The notes beneath the pieces were generated by a model. That model ran no database searches and had not been told where the DNA came from. It was given only the letters and a program-made list of their open reading frames with translations. Positions 10,230 to 20,484 of a stretch of DNA of 64,000 bases are shown piece by piece. Source of the DNA: an uncultured virus (IMG/VR IMGVR_UViG_3300031088_000645) (taxonomy: Duplodnaviria > Heunggongvirae > Uroviricota > Caudoviricetes). The stretch is from the IMG/VR virus record IMGVR_UViG_3300031088_000645. The stretch is one strand, 5' to 3'. Position numbers and translations under genes: made by a program. Position 1 is the first letter of the stretch. Every line of letters starts with the position of its first letter.

Positions 10230-10576
10230 ACCCTAGCCTTCTCGAACCCGTCTACTACGAGCTACAGTGCTATGGCTGCGGCGTGATCTTCTACTGGACG
10301 CAGCATGACGCTTCGGAAGAGCCGCCCTCGTTCCACAACACGAATTGCAAGAAGCGAAAGAACCGACGCATTGCTGACGCTCCCAACGTCAACTGCCCAC
10401 GTCCTGACAAGGAGACCTTCGCAACGTCCGAGGATGCCAACACACGAGCAAGAAGCCTCTCGCGTCCTGGTGAGTTCGTGCGCGCTTATCGATGCTCCTG
10501 CGGTGAGCTTCATGTGGGTCACATCTGGTACGAGATGGTTGCTAGCATTCCTGTCGGTAGCTTGACTGTAAACTAG
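10223..10576 (+). CDS. Putative zinc-finger protein related to 5434/5974
   Basis: CYGC...H...C plus CPRPDKETFAT...AYRCSCGELHVGH. Confidence 0.6.
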   Translation: MVNPSLLEPVYYELQCYGCGVIFYWTQHDASEEPPSFHNTNCKKRKNRRIADAPNVNCPRPDKETFATSEDANTRARSLSRPGEFVRAYRCSCGELHVGHIWYEMVASIPVGSLTVN

Positions 10577-10594
10577 GTACATGCAGGAGGTATC

Positions 10595-11512
10595 GTGAAT
10601 CACCTTACCCCGACCCAGATTGTCGATAAGAACGGCAAGCGCACCACTGTTCACAAGAGCCTGGTGCCGTCTCAGCGACCACCTCGCACTGTCTCAGAGC
10701 CTCGTGGCGCTGCTGCGGGTACTCGCCAGGAATGGGAGTTCTATGGCTTCCAAGAGCCTTCTGAGGCTCGCGTGTATACCGACTTCTTGGAGCAGGCTCA
10801 GGAACGTAGTCGCAGTGAAGTTGAGGGACTGAGTGATGTGCAGAGGAATGCACTCTCGTTCTTCACCTCGATGCATCACAAGAGCATCAACAACGCGCTC
10901 TATGGCACGGAGACGCTACCTGCCGAACAAGATGTCGATGACGCATCGCAAGGGTTTCCCACCCTTGATTCAGTCAACTCGTTTGAGCTACAGAAAGCAT
11001 CGAAGAACTACTCATTGAAGGTGCATGATCGTTTGTTCAACGATGTCGTTACCAACATGGATTCGGCATTCGAGTCCGCCAATCACGCCCCGCGTATTGT
11101 CTACCGAGGGGTAGACACTTATGGTGAGTATCTTGCTGATGATGGCAGGACAGCAGAGTGGGTGGATGAGAACTATGCGTTGGGTTCAGAGGTGGTCATC
11201 GACGGCTATCAGTCCGCATCCAATGACCCTGGTGTTGGATTGAAGTATGCGAACAAGAGCGGCGTTCTCTTGGAGATGAAGACTGGTTCTGGTATCAGCA
11301 TCACTGATGTCTCTTACTACAAACTCGAAGATGAAGTGGTGCTCCCTCGCGCTCGTCGTTGGAGGGTTGTCGGGGTACACCATGACCAAGAGTTCACGGT
11401 CCAGATGGCGCGTGGTTCCAAGTCAGAACGGGTCACTCTGGTTCAGATGGTCGAAGTAGACGAAGATGGCGATGAGGTCAAGGGGTACATCTCGCCTCCC
11501 AGTATTGCTTAG
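10595..11512 (+). CDS. VIP2-like (R-S-ExE) ADP-ribosyltransferase with DKNGK leader
   Basis: INNALY, IVYRGV, YQSASND, LEDEVVLPR; leader PTQIVDKNGKRTTVHK. Confidence 0.82.
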   Translation: MNHLTPTQIVDKNGKRTTVHKSLVPSQRPPRTVSEPRGAAAGTRQEWEFYGFQEPSEARVYTDFLEQAQERSRSEVEGLSDVQRNALSFFTSMHHKSINNALYGTETLPAEQDVDDASQGFPTLDSVNSFELQKASKNYSLKVHDRLFNDVVTNMDSAFESANHAPRIVYRGVDTYGEYLADDGRTAEWVDENYALGSEVVIDGYQSASNDPGVGLKYANKSGVLLEMKTGSGISITDVSYYKLEDEVVLPRARRWRVVGVHHDQEFTVQMARGSKSERVTLVQMVEVDEDGDEVKGYISPPSIA

Positions 11513-12459
11513 TCGAGGACTATCCATTCGGCTGTACCGAGGTCGAAGTTACGCCCAAGAGCTATCTCGCCTTCGGCATCGTCTGAGGTGTTGTGACACT
11601 TCGTGCCTGCGGGGAGAGTTATCTTCGCCACGAGTCCGCCGCGTCCTAATCCGCCAGCGAATCCTTGTGCTGTCGAAAGGTTCACTGAGGTAGAGAGGTA
11701 AGACTTCTCGACAAATCCCTTCTGTAGTTCAGCGCGCTTGTCGGCATCTTTCACACGGATACCTCGATACACCGTTACCGGCTCGGTGAGAGTGTCGGAC
11801 TCCATGATTCCATCCAAGGTCTCGATGAGCTTAGGATTGAGTTCGGAGTCGTTGCGCAGTGCTTCGTTGATATCTGAGAATGCTTCTCCGAAGTACATGA
11901 ACTTAGCGGCATCAACTGATGCGTTCCAGTCACTCTCGCCTTCTTCAAGAAGCTCCACCATCTCAAAGAGGTTGTCAGCCACCATCTCGCTCTCCCAACC
12001 TGAACGGTGATAGGTCTCATCTCGTAGCTCTGCAAAACCCCTTTTGATGTAGGGCTGTGCAGAGGTCAACGGTGTGTACTCATCGTTCAGAAAATCATCG
12101 GCTTGTTCATAGCTTTTCCATACCGCGACAGTCTGCTGCCCTTTGCTTGACTTCTGAATATGAGCCTCATAGATCGTTCCATCAATCGATGTCATCTCAA
12201 CAGTCATGTACGAAATACCGCGTACGTTCGTTCTGGTGGAACCCGGCTTGAACAGCATGTCTCCGCCATTGTTCAGGTCGTCAATACCCTGAGCGATTTT
12301 GTCTATATCAAGAGATGAGATGGCAACATCCGCAGTCGAACTAGAGCCAGGCTTAGGTGTTGTCGGTCGTGACTTCGCAGCAGGTTTACCGTCGATACTG
12401 GCATGAACGGTCGTGTGCTTACCGTTCTTGTCCACTATCTGCTTGGGTGCGGTTGCCAT
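11509..12459 (-). CDS. VIP2-like (R-STS-ExE) ADP-ribosyltransferase with DKNGK leader
   Basis: INEALR, TVYRGI, YLSTSVN, ITLPAGTK, AEGEIAL; leader PKQIVDKNGKHTTVH. Confidence 0.85.
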   Translation of the reverse strand: MATAPKQIVDKNGKHTTVHASIDGKPAAKSRPTTPKPGSSSTADVAISSLDIDKIAQGIDDLNNGGDMLFKPGSTRTNVRGISYMTVEMTSIDGTIYEAHIQKSSKGQQTVAVWKSYEQADDFLNDEYTPLTSAQPYIKRGFAELRDETYHRSGWESEMVADNLFEMVELLEEGESDWNASVDAAKFMYFGEAFSDINEALRNDSELNPKLIETLDGIMESDTLTEPVTVYRGIRVKDADKRAELQKGFVEKSYLSTSVNLSTAQGFAGGLGRGGLVAKITLPAGTKCHNTSDDAEGEIALGRNFDLGTAEWIVLD

Positions 12460-13241
12460 CAGTCATTCAGTCCTGCGAACAGACCGTCTTTACCTCGTGA
12501 GAATGACTCTACGACAGTGAGCTTGTTGGGGTTCACTGTGAGGCTGACGGAGCCTTCATTCTCGTATCGATTGACGTATCTGGTTGCGCCGTTTCCTTCG
12601 TACCAGTCGTCTTCTCGTGCAAGGTAGACCGACTTGGGTTCGGCATTGTCATCCTCGATTACCGTGGCGTGAATGGGGATCTTAGGGTCAAGCTGAATCT
12701 TGTGGATGACCCATTCTTGGTCTTTGCCTTCGGTCTGGAATTCTGAGACGAACTTGATCCTGTCTAGTGCTGCTTGAAGGGTTCCGAGGTGCACCATAGC
12801 GCTGAGACCTGGGTCTTTTCGACCGTCTTCATTGATTCCGGTGATGACCTGGCTGTGCCAATCGTCGATGACAGTTGCGTGATACCACGCCTCTTCACGC
12901 ACCACGTTATCGTCAAAGAAGCGTAGACCATCCGGGGTGACACCGATGTTGGCGTTCTCGGGTGTGAATGCTTCCTTACACTCAAAGCACTTCATGGACT
13001 TCGATGCCTGTTGTGCGTCACGCTGTTCTTCGGTGTAGAAGACCCCGCAGAATGGGCAGCCGTAGCCGGTAACACCCTCTGGTGCTACTTCCCAGCCGTC
13101 TACGATGAGTTCGCGCTCTACAGCGGCAGATGAGACCGTTCCGTTCTTGTGTCTGATGGTCTTGCGTTGAACTTCGTCGCTGACGTAGACGGTTGTCCGC
13201 TTGCCGTTCTTGTCGATGATCTGTCTTGGTACTGTAGTCAT
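12459..13241 (-). CDS. DKNGK leader + Zn-ribbon + putative ART-fold domain
   Basis: CPFC..CFEC; WYHAT, VHLGT..AA, RYVNRYENEGSVSL. Confidence 0.65.
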   Translation of the reverse strand: MTTVPRQIIDKNGKRTTVYVSDEVQRKTIRHKNGTVSSAAVERELIVDGWEVAPEGVTGYGCPFCGVFYTEEQRDAQQASKSMKCFECKEAFTPENANIGVTPDGLRFFDDNVVREEAWYHATVIDDWHSQVITGINEDGRKDPGLSAMVHLGTLQAALDRIKFVSEFQTEGKDQEWVIHKIQLDPKIPIHATVIEDDNAEPKSVYLAREDDWYEGNGATRYVNRYENEGSVSLTVNPNKLTVVESFSRGKDGLFAGLND

Positions 13242-13243
13242 GG

Positions 13244-14089
13244 TTAGTATCCCATCGGCTTGGTAAGTGGTTTGTGGTTGCGCTTGATTACTGCTTCTTC
13301 GAGACCATCGAAGCTGCCATCTGATTTCATGGTGAAGCTTTCGGTGACGGTGATGCGGTTGGGATTGACAGCTAGGCTGATCGCACCTTCGTGCTCGAAT
13401 CTGTTGACGTATCTCGTCACGCCTTCTGAGTTGTAGTCTGGGTTCTTGGAGGCTTGGTAGATGTTCTCAGGCTCGAATGAGTCATCGTCGATTACTGCTG
13501 CATGGATAGGAATGTCAGGGTTCAGTTTGACCTTGTGGATGGTCCATTCGAGCGTAGAGTCCTTGCCGCCGACCTCTTCGTTTACGAAGAAGATTCTGTC
13601 CATTGCTGCTTCCAGCGAACCTAGATGAACCAGAACGCTGTAACGCTCGTCTTCCTGGTCTGGCTTGGGGTTCTTACCTCGCTTTGCGCCATCTAACCAG
13701 TTGCCCTTGATGGTGGCGTGATACCACTCGGTCTCTCGTACTACGTCGTCATCGAAGAACTTGAGCGATTCCTGGGTGACTCCGATGTTGGCGGTTTCTG
13801 AGTCGAACGTCTCACCGCATTCATAGCACGGCTGGTAGTTGTCATGCTGTTGCCAGTTGCGTTGCTCGACGGTGTAGAAGACACCGCAGAATGGGCAGCC
13901 GTATCCGGTCTCGCCTTCGCCTGCGATATCCCAGCCGTCAACAACTGGTTCGCGTTCTTCAATGAAGGTCTGTATGTTGCCGTTGAAACCGTATTCGGCA
14001 GTGTTGAGACCAGGCTTGACGTAGGTGATTGTGTGTTTGCCGTTCTTGTCAACGATGGGTCTGGGGATGAGTCCGTTCTTAGTCATCAT
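13244..14089 (-). CDS. DKNGK leader + Zn-ribbon + putative ART-fold domain
   Basis: CPFC..CYEC; WYHAT, VHLGS..AA, RYVNRFEHEGAISL. Confidence 0.65.
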   Translation of the reverse strand: MMTKNGLIPRPIVDKNGKHTITYVKPGLNTAEYGFNGNIQTFIEEREPVVDGWDIAGEGETGYGCPFCGVFYTVEQRNWQQHDNYQPCYECGETFDSETANIGVTQESLKFFDDDVVRETEWYHATIKGNWLDGAKRGKNPKPDQEDERYSVLVHLGSLEAAMDRIFFVNEEVGGKDSTLEWTIHKVKLNPDIPIHAAVIDDDSFEPENIYQASKNPDYNSEGVTRYVNRFEHEGAISLAVNPNRITVTESFTMKSDGSFDGLEEAVIKRNHKPLTKPMGY

Positions 14090-14864
14090 CCCTCTCAGGC
14101 TGGTAGTCCTTGGTGATTCCGAAGCTGTCGATTACGGTGAGCTTGGAGGCGTTGATTGCCAGGCTGATGGAACCTACTTCTTCATACCTGTTGACGTACC
14201 TTGTGGCACCTTCTGCTTCGTACCTGGGGTTGGTTCGAGCTACTGCTACGTTGCGCGGCTCGTAGTCGTCATCTGAGATCACTTCGTCTGCGATGGGTAG
14301 GTCAGGGTCTAGCACGACTTCATGAATGGTCCACGTCAGGTTCTCGCTTGGCATCTCGAACTCAGTCATCCACTTAGCCCTAGCGAGGGCGGCATCAAGG
14401 GTACCGAGGTGCACGATGGCGGGTGTGTCGTTATCGTTGCCATCCTCTCGACCCTCTTTGACTCTTTCGTGCCAGTCGTTTGATGCGGTGGCGTGGTACC
14501 ACTTCTCTTGCCTCACGGTGTCCTTGTCGAAGAACTTGATTGCAGACGGAATGACTGCTACGTCAGAGTCGGTGTTCATGAAGAAGGTTCCGCAGGAGTA
14601 GCACTCTCCGTCATTCTCGCGACTCTCGTGATAAATGCGTTCCTCTTCCGAGAAGAAGACCCCACACTCAGGACAGCCGTATCCGGTCTTGCCCTCAGGA
14701 GCAATCTGCCACATAGTGTACTTACCCCACTTCTCACTCTCATGCATAGCTGCGATGGGAGCAGGGAAGGAGCGAGGCGAGGCGGGATTATCTTTGTCGG
14801 GGTTGATGTGAACGGTCGTCAGTTTGCCGTTCTTGTCCACTATCTGACGGGGAATGCGCGTCAT
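14079..14864 (-). CDS. DKNGK leader + Zn-ribbon + putative ART-fold domain
   Basis: CPEC..CYSC; WYHAT, VHLGT..AA, RYVNRYEEVGSISL; start at MTRIP after GAAAGAGG. Confidence 0.65.
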   Translation of the reverse strand: MTRIPRQIVDKNGKLTTVHINPDKDNPASPRSFPAPIAAMHESEKWGKYTMWQIAPEGKTGYGCPECGVFFSEEERIYHESRENDGECYSCGTFFMNTDSDVAVIPSAIKFFDKDTVRQEKWYHATASNDWHERVKEGREDGNDNDTPAIVHLGTLDAALARAKWMTEFEMPSENLTWTIHEVVLDPDLPIADEVISDDDYEPRNVAVARTNPRYEAEGATRYVNRYEEVGSISLAINASKLTVIDSFGITKDYQPERDDD

Positions 14865-14914
14865 GATGCCTCTTTCACTCATGCCTATTCTAGTGCAGGC
14901 ATATGACAGGCAGG

Positions 14915-15313
14915 CTAGTACGCAGCGAGGATGACCTCTTCGTTTCCCAGGATGACACCACTGCCATCTGCCAGTTTGGCAAATACCCTATCTTCGGTGT
15001 TCTCTATGCTAGTGATGTTCGTGAACACGTAAGGGCTATCGAACTTGCTACCGAGGACGATAGTGACCTCCTTGCCAGCCTCTGTTGCCTGTGCGATAAA
15101 GGTATCGAGTGCCTTGGCATGTAGCCAAGTGTGGTGGTTGGCGTTTCTTGTAACGTGTCGATATGTCATGGCAGTTTCAAGCGCTCGCTCGGTGTGTGGG
15201 TTGTCAAGCAACTGGTCGATGAGATCGTAAGGGTAGGTGATTTCGTTCTTACCTGCGATGCTCAGCCCACCTGTGGTGGTGCTGACAAAGGGCTTGTCGT
15301 TGACTGTTTCCAT
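14915..15313 (-). CDS. Hypothetical protein
   Basis: AGGAG RBS before METVNDK. Confidence 0.55.
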   Translation of the reverse strand: METVNDKPFVSTTTGGLSIAGKNEITYPYDLIDQLLDNPHTERALETAMTYRHVTRNANHHTWLHAKALDTFIAQATEAGKEVTIVLGSKFDSPYVFTNITSIENTEDRVFAKLADGSGVILGNEEVILAAY

Positions 15314-15465
15314 GATGTCTCCTATCGGCGCTGGTGAAGCACCTTGATATCTATAGGCGCATCTTAGGCAGATAGATAGACAGGTTGTTCGTTCTTGAGC
15401 GATTGTAGGCAAAGGCTCAGCTATGTCGTTGGAGAGCGATAAAGTAGAACCGGATTGGACAAAAG

Positions 15466-16374
15466 ATGCCCCAGGCGAATCAGAAGACGGCGAAGAAGAT
15501 CGTGGATAAGAACGGTAAGCACACGACCGTTTACGTCAATGACGATAGTGCTGCTTCATCGCCAAGAGTCATCCCCAATGTCATCATTCCGACAGCACCA
15601 TCTAAGGTAGAGACTGCGTTCACGATACCGGAGAACCCGTCAGCCAGAGCGAAACGAGCCATACAAGAAGACACGGGCAAGATGGACTGGGATGGTAAGC
15701 CGATTGACTACACAATCTTCAAGGCAGGCGATAATTCCTGGGTCTGGAGGGTCGCGCCTGTTGGGTATTCTGGTGTCACCTGCCCCAGTTGTCACTCATT
15801 CTTCACGGACAAAGAGCTTGGATTAGAAACCCCAAGAGTCAATTGCGTCATATGCGAAACACCGACCTATATCGGTGGATATGTCACGGCTGTTCGATAC
15901 GACGACTTACCGCTCTTTGATAAGCAAGAAGTGTATGACCGCGATTGGTACCACATCACGCTCAAATCGGACTGGTCGGAAGCAATCACTGAGTCACATC
16001 CCAGAGATCAACCATATGTCCACCTTGGATCTCTGGCATCAGCCAAGCACCGGATGCAGATCCTTATCAGTCAGAGTAAAGGAAAGCTCTCCGAGGATGA
16101 CTTCTATTGCTATGAGGTCTTCATCAAGCCCGACGCTGCTATCGCTGACCGGGTGGTTGGTGATGATGATTCTGAGGCTCCCAAGAGCGCCGGTAACCGC
16201 CATTATCAGCTAACGGAGGGCTTGGGAGACCAGACGCATTTCTACGAAGAGTTCGGCGTGACGCGGTACGTGAACAGCTACGAAAGTCAGGGCGCTATTT
16301 CCCTCAGTACCCATCCATCCTCTATCGTAATCTCTGACCGCAGTAGGGGCTTCGAGATCAAGAGCATGGAATAG
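15466..16374 (+). CDS. DKNGK leader + Zn-ribbon + putative ART-fold domain
   Basis: CPSC..CVIC; WYHIT, VHLGS..SA, RYVNSYESQGAISL. Confidence 0.65.
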   Translation: MPQANQKTAKKIVDKNGKHTTVYVNDDSAASSPRVIPNVIIPTAPSKVETAFTIPENPSARAKRAIQEDTGKMDWDGKPIDYTIFKAGDNSWVWRVAPVGYSGVTCPSCHSFFTDKELGLETPRVNCVICETPTYIGGYVTAVRYDDLPLFDKQEVYDRDWYHITLKSDWSEAITESHPRDQPYVHLGSLASAKHRMQILISQSKGKLSEDDFYCYEVFIKPDAAIADRVVGDDDSEAPKSAGNRHYQLTEGLGDQTHFYEEFGVTRYVNSYESQGAISLSTHPSSIVISDRSRGFEIKSME

Positions 16375-16376
16375 CG

Positions 16377-16811
16377 TTACTTCACTCCGCGCAAAACCTC
16401 GTTCATCAGGGTCGTCGCAACAATGCTCTTGAACTCCGACACGATATCATCGCCATCAGCGTGCTCAGTGACGTTGTTGAGCAGCCGCTGGTAGTCGATG
16501 GTCCACGTGTTCTGATCGAGAACCTTGACTCCATCGATGAACTCGACATCAACAAGGTCGGGAAGAGAACCACGCAAGTTCTTGACGAGGGATGCCAGCC
16601 GAGTGTCGATGGTCTGTCCATCGCGGGTGACCTTCGACCTGTCAAACGGCTTAGGGTGCATCTCGACACCTCGGAAGGTCTGCGTCTCGTAGACGCGCAC
16701 ACCACCGTGCTTGTCTCCCAGGGCGCGCTCGACCGTAAGACCGGCCAGTCGTGCTTCTTCTGCCGTGTCGAAGAAGTTTGTGGTGTTGATGTTCAGTGCG
16801 AACTTAGGCAT
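16377..16811 (-). CDS. Hypothetical protein
   Basis: ORF with upstream TTGACG...TAGGAT promoter-like sequence and RBS. Confidence 0.6.
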   Translation of the reverse strand: MPKFALNINTTNFFDTAEEARLAGLTVERALGDKHGGVRVYETQTFRGVEMHPKPFDRSKVTRDGQTIDTRLASLVKNLRGSLPDLVDVEFIDGVKVLDQNTWTIDYQRLLNNVTEHADGDDIVSEFKSIVATTLMNEVLRGVK

Positions 16812-16886
16812 GATGCTCTTCCTGCATAGACGATAGTTACTTACTCATCCTATCAAGGTAAAGCTTTGTCGTCAATCTGAGTGTTG

Positions 16887-17939
16887 CTACTCTGCGAAAT
16901 GCACTTCGGTGATGGTGTCGAGCGAGATGTACGCCTTATCGAGTACAGGCAGGGTCTCCGCAATCTCTTCGCCCAGAGCTAGCTTGATGGCTTCCCACAT
17001 GAAGTTAGTGCCGGTGAGCATCGTGGCATAGAGACCACCAGATGCGCGAGTGTTTATCTCCAAGAGTACTGGCTGACCCTTCCACCAACGGAACTGTGTG
17101 TTGGTGAGGTAACGAAGGTCGAAGTGCTCGTGCATCTTTTCAAGCTGCTCGATAGCTTCCGGGAAACGGTTGGAGATTCGAGTGAACCTATCGCCATCCT
17201 TGGTGCGAGGGATGTACTTGATGAGGTTGCCCTTGTCGTCTGACAAGGAGTCAATACTAATCTCCGGAGCGTCTAGCCACGGTAGGAGCATGATTTCGGG
17301 AGCTTCCTCCCCGCGTTCTTCTGCCTGACGGTAAGCACGCAAAACATCACTCACTGCAACGTCATCATTCTCTACAAGAAGGTCGTCGATGGTGAAAGGC
17401 TTATGAGTGAGAACGCGGAAGCCCTGAGCGCCAACACCAACGGTAGGCTTGGTGACGATTCGAGTATTCTGACCTACCTCTTCGGATAGCGATTCGAGAG
17501 CATCTCGAATGGACTGCTCTGTGTCAGCAATTCGCCACGGAGGTACGCTAACGCCAATCTCTTGTGCTCGCTTGTACGTCAGGTTCTTATCACCTAGGAG
17601 CCTGATCGACTCATGAGATGAAGCGAGCACCTTGATACCTGCTGCGGCGAATATGTCGATGTTCTCGGCAATGAGGTCGATGTTGTTGCGTGGAATGAAG
17701 ACATCGATAGCGTTCTTGGCGCAGTAGTCGATGCACCACTTGATGTAGTCGTCGCCGTCTAGTGTGGACTCTTCGCCTGCATGGTCAGCCGCCTGCAATA
17801 CAGGGCTGCTAGGATCGACATGAGTAGCGAAGATGGCAACGGACCTGCCGTCTGCATTCTCTCGAATCATCTTGATGAGCCAGTAACTTGTGGCGAACGA
17901 TCGGTTGAACCAGATATGCAGAGGCTTGTTATTTTCCAT
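16887..17939 (-). CDS. ATP-grasp domain protein (type associated with ter loci)
   Basis: IWFNRSFAT, DKNLTY, KPTVGVGAQGFR, EISIDSL, LLEINTRASGG. Confidence 0.8.
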   Translation of the reverse strand: MENNKPLHIWFNRSFATSYWLIKMIRENADGRSVAIFATHVDPSSPVLQAADHAGEESTLDGDDYIKWCIDYCAKNAIDVFIPRNNIDLIAENIDIFAAAGIKVLASSHESIRLLGDKNLTYKRAQEIGVSVPPWRIADTEQSIRDALESLSEEVGQNTRIVTKPTVGVGAQGFRVLTHKPFTIDDLLVENDDVAVSDVLRAYRQAEERGEEAPEIMLLPWLDAPEISIDSLSDDKGNLIKYIPRTKDGDRFTRISNRFPEAIEQLEKMHEHFDLRYLTNTQFRWWKGQPVLLEINTRASGGLYATMLTGTNFMWEAIKLALGEEIAETLPVLDKAYISLDTITEVHFAE

Positions 17940-17989
17940 GTCGCCGCAAAGCTACCATCACTAGCTTTCCAAGTCGAGCGAATTGGCGT

Positions 17990-18019
17990 TTGACACTGTT
18001 CCAGTTTTACTGTTAGGAT
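17990..18019 (+). promoter_or_regulatory. Housekeeping sigma-type promoter
   Basis: TTGACA-N18-TAGGAT upstream of the RBS of 18048. Confidence 0.6.
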
Positions 18020-18047
18020 GTAAATGTCTCCCAGAAAGGACACCACA

Positions 18048-18650
18048 ATGACCTCCACCGCTCAGAACACCGTGCTCAGCTACATCGAGAAGACCCGCCC
18101 CTACGCTGCTCCGGTGTCGGATGAGATCATCCGTACCGCCACCCTGCGTTTCCTGCTCAGTGACCTCATCCCCAACGCCATCGGTCGCTACACGCACCTC
18201 GCTTTCGGTGTCTTCGACCACCCCGCCAACGACCCGGCTGTGTACCGCGAGGATGTCGAGGATGCACTCAAGGAGTTCAGCGTCCTCGTGAACGCCAACC
18301 TGAGTGAGAAGCACACCGCCTACATCAAGCAGCGTAAGGTCATGTCGCAGGCGTTCAGCCGTGTCTACGCGCTTCAGGCTTCCAAGAACCCGAACGAGAA
18401 GGCTATCGACGCTGCCTTCGAGGTCGCGAGCGGCGAGCAGTCCAAGCTCAACGGCACCTTCCTGGCGGACCTGCTGGATGCTCAGCGCATCGAGTCCTAC
18501 TTCCGAGGTGTCATCACCGCCTACCACTCGCAGAGTACCGAGGATGCAACGTGGTGCCTCCTGACGTTCCTCCGCGTTGGTCAGTGGAGTCCTCGCACCA
18601 ACGACCGCGCCAAGGTGGAGAGCTTCTACAGCGACCTGCTGGGTCGCTAG
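18048..18650 (+). CDS. Hypothetical protein
   Basis: AAAGGA RBS before MTSTAQ; C/G-ending codon bias. Confidence 0.65.
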   Translation: MTSTAQNTVLSYIEKTRPYAAPVSDEIIRTATLRFLLSDLIPNAIGRYTHLAFGVFDHPANDPAVYREDVEDALKEFSVLVNANLSEKHTAYIKQRKVMSQAFSRVYALQASKNPNEKAIDAAFEVASGEQSKLNGTFLADLLDAQRIESYFRGVITAYHSQSTEDATWCLLTFLRVGQWSPRTNDRAKVESFYSDLLGR

Positions 18651-19141
18651 TTGTTCGCGATATACTGAAGACGTAGCTCTGCCGTCTCTCGCAGTTGCTC
18701 ATCAGGGTTCATCGACAAGATTGTCTTGTAGAAAATCACGCTTGTCTCGTCAGGGGTCGAACCTTCTGGGGTGTTAGCTTGGCTGATTGCGCGAGCTTTG
18801 TGCCAAACGATTAGACCTTCGGGCGTAATTCCATTGACGGAAACCGTCTTTGCTGCTTCCTCCGCCTTGGCAAGAGCCACCGGAAGAGAGAACTGTGAAT
18901 GAGCAACCTTTCTAGATCTATCCCTAGGTATCCAGAATCCATCCTTGTTGAGAAGGTCGCTCCAATGCTCATTGTGTCGAGAGACTACCCACTTACCCTC
19001 ACTGGGTAGTACGTAGATCTGCCATAGGTCGGAGTCGCTATCCTTCTTCATCTCATCTGATAGTGCGCTGACGACGAACCCCGTCGAGCTACCGATGATG
19101 GCGATGAGTTCTTCTTTGCTGAAGTCTGAGAGCTTAGGCAT
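18647..19141 (-). CDS. Hypothetical protein
   Basis: TACTAT-N6-ATG start at MPKLSDF. Confidence 0.55.
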   Translation of the reverse strand: MPKLSDFSKEELIAIIGSSTGFVVSALSDEMKKDSDSDLWQIYVLPSEGKWVVSRHNEHWSDLLNKDGFWIPRDRSRKVAHSQFSLPVALAKAEEAAKTVSVNGITPEGLIVWHKARAISQANTPEGSTPDETSVIFYKTILSMNPDEQLRETAELRLQYIANN

Positions 19142-19232
19142 GGCGCGATAGTAACACAGCCTTTCTGGGCTAAACAGAGCAACGCCCCTACCGGACCAGG
19201 ATGGTAGGGGCGTTGCGGTTTGTGGAGAGCGA

Positions 19233-19772
19233 TTAGCTCTGGAGGACAGCCTGAACATCGACGGAGATCTTGACATCCTCGGATACGAGGACACCACCGG
19301 TCTCCAAGGTGCTGTTCCAAGTCAGTCCGAACTCGGTGCGATTGATGGTCGTGGTGAGTTCACCGGCTACCTTGGTCTGACCATATCCGTCTACAGCTAC
19401 CCCGCCGAAGTCCGCAGCAAAGGTGATGGGCTTGGTGATGTCTCGGATGGTGAGGTCGCCGTGGATAAGGAACTCGTCTGAGCGCTTGCCAGACTCTACC
19501 GAGGTTGACACGAAGCTGATTTCTGGGTACTTCTCGGTGTCGAAGAACTCAGGAGAACGAAGGTGTCCATCTCGACCCTCTTCGTTGGTGGTGATGGTGG
19601 AGACATCGATCTTGGCGGTGAGCTTGCTATCGGTGATCTCTGTACCAGAAACTAGCTCTCCGGAGAATGCGCCGAATGAGCCACGGACCTTAGAGATCAT
19701 GAGGTGGCGTACGACGAAGGAAACATCAGAGTGAGTGGGATCGATAACCCATGTACCTGCTGGAATTGACAT
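19233..19772 (-). CDS. YceI family protein
   Basis: GTWVIDPTHSDVSFVVRHLMISKVRGSF, RDGHLRSPEFFD, INRTEFGLTWN. Confidence 0.92.
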   Translation of the reverse strand: MSIPAGTWVIDPTHSDVSFVVRHLMISKVRGSFGAFSGELVSGTEITDSKLTAKIDVSTITTNEEGRDGHLRSPEFFDTEKYPEISFVSTSVESGKRSDEFLIHGDLTIRDITKPITFAADFGGVAVDGYGQTKVAGELTTTINRTEFGLTWNSTLETGGVLVSEDVKISVDVQAVLQS

Positions 19773-19981
19773 AGTTAACTGCTTTCTGTTGATGAGGTGT
19801 ACCACAGCATAACCACCGGATTCCAAAGTCTATTCCTTTGCATAGACTTTTCTTTCGACTCTCAGGAAATCCAAATGATTCGTCAAGGTGAACACTTTGG
19901 TTCGCTATGCTGTACCCGAGATGGAGAAAGCATGAATCAGTCAACAACAAAGCATCAGCACCTAGTGTTCGGAGTGAGTGC

Positions 19982-20374
19982 ATGATCGCGGACTGGCAGA
20001 TCAGAGAGATGGCTCACCGCATCGTTCGTGAGTCTGATGTCGTCCACAGTGAAAGCACTGCGGTGGCTACTGAGCAGGTGTTTGCCGAACTCAAACGTAA
20101 GCAGTGGTATCACGCCATCAACACAACGCGCAAGAGCCTTCTAGGGACGAACGAGGACAACCCCATTTCATTGCGTTCGCTCATCTTCTCGGTAGCAAAC
20201 GAGATTGACGAAGGTCCATCTGTAATCAAGGGCGCGATGGATTACCTACAAGGTGAAGAAGAGGCTGTCTACAAGTTCGGAAGGGGTGTTTGGGCTACAT
20301 CTCGCCTACAAGACGTAGAGCCTGACACGGCGTATTACGTCCCTCCCAAGGGAAGCAATTACTCTGCAAAATAG
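19982..20374 (+). CDS. Hypothetical protein
   Basis: ORF; start uncertain. Confidence 0.45.
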   Translation: MIADWQIREMAHRIVRESDVVHSESTAVATEQVFAELKRKQWYHAINTTRKSLLGTNEDNPISLRSLIFSVANEIDEGPSVIKGAMDYLQGEEEAVYKFGRGVWATSRLQDVEPDTAYYVPPKGSNYSAK

Positions 20375-20484
20375 TCCTCAGAACGGTTGACTATGTGGGC
20401 TGGTGACGTACAATAAGCACACCAGAAATGGTACCGACTTGGCGGAAACCCAAGACCAGCAAACAACCGAAAAGGAAACCAATC

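Noticed and set aside
18578..18590. tggtcagtggagt also occurs in spacer 17 of array 1, suggesting self-targeting
   Set aside because: Only 13 nt match with mismatched flanks, compatible with chance. I saw no full self-match, but a by-eye search is not exhaustive
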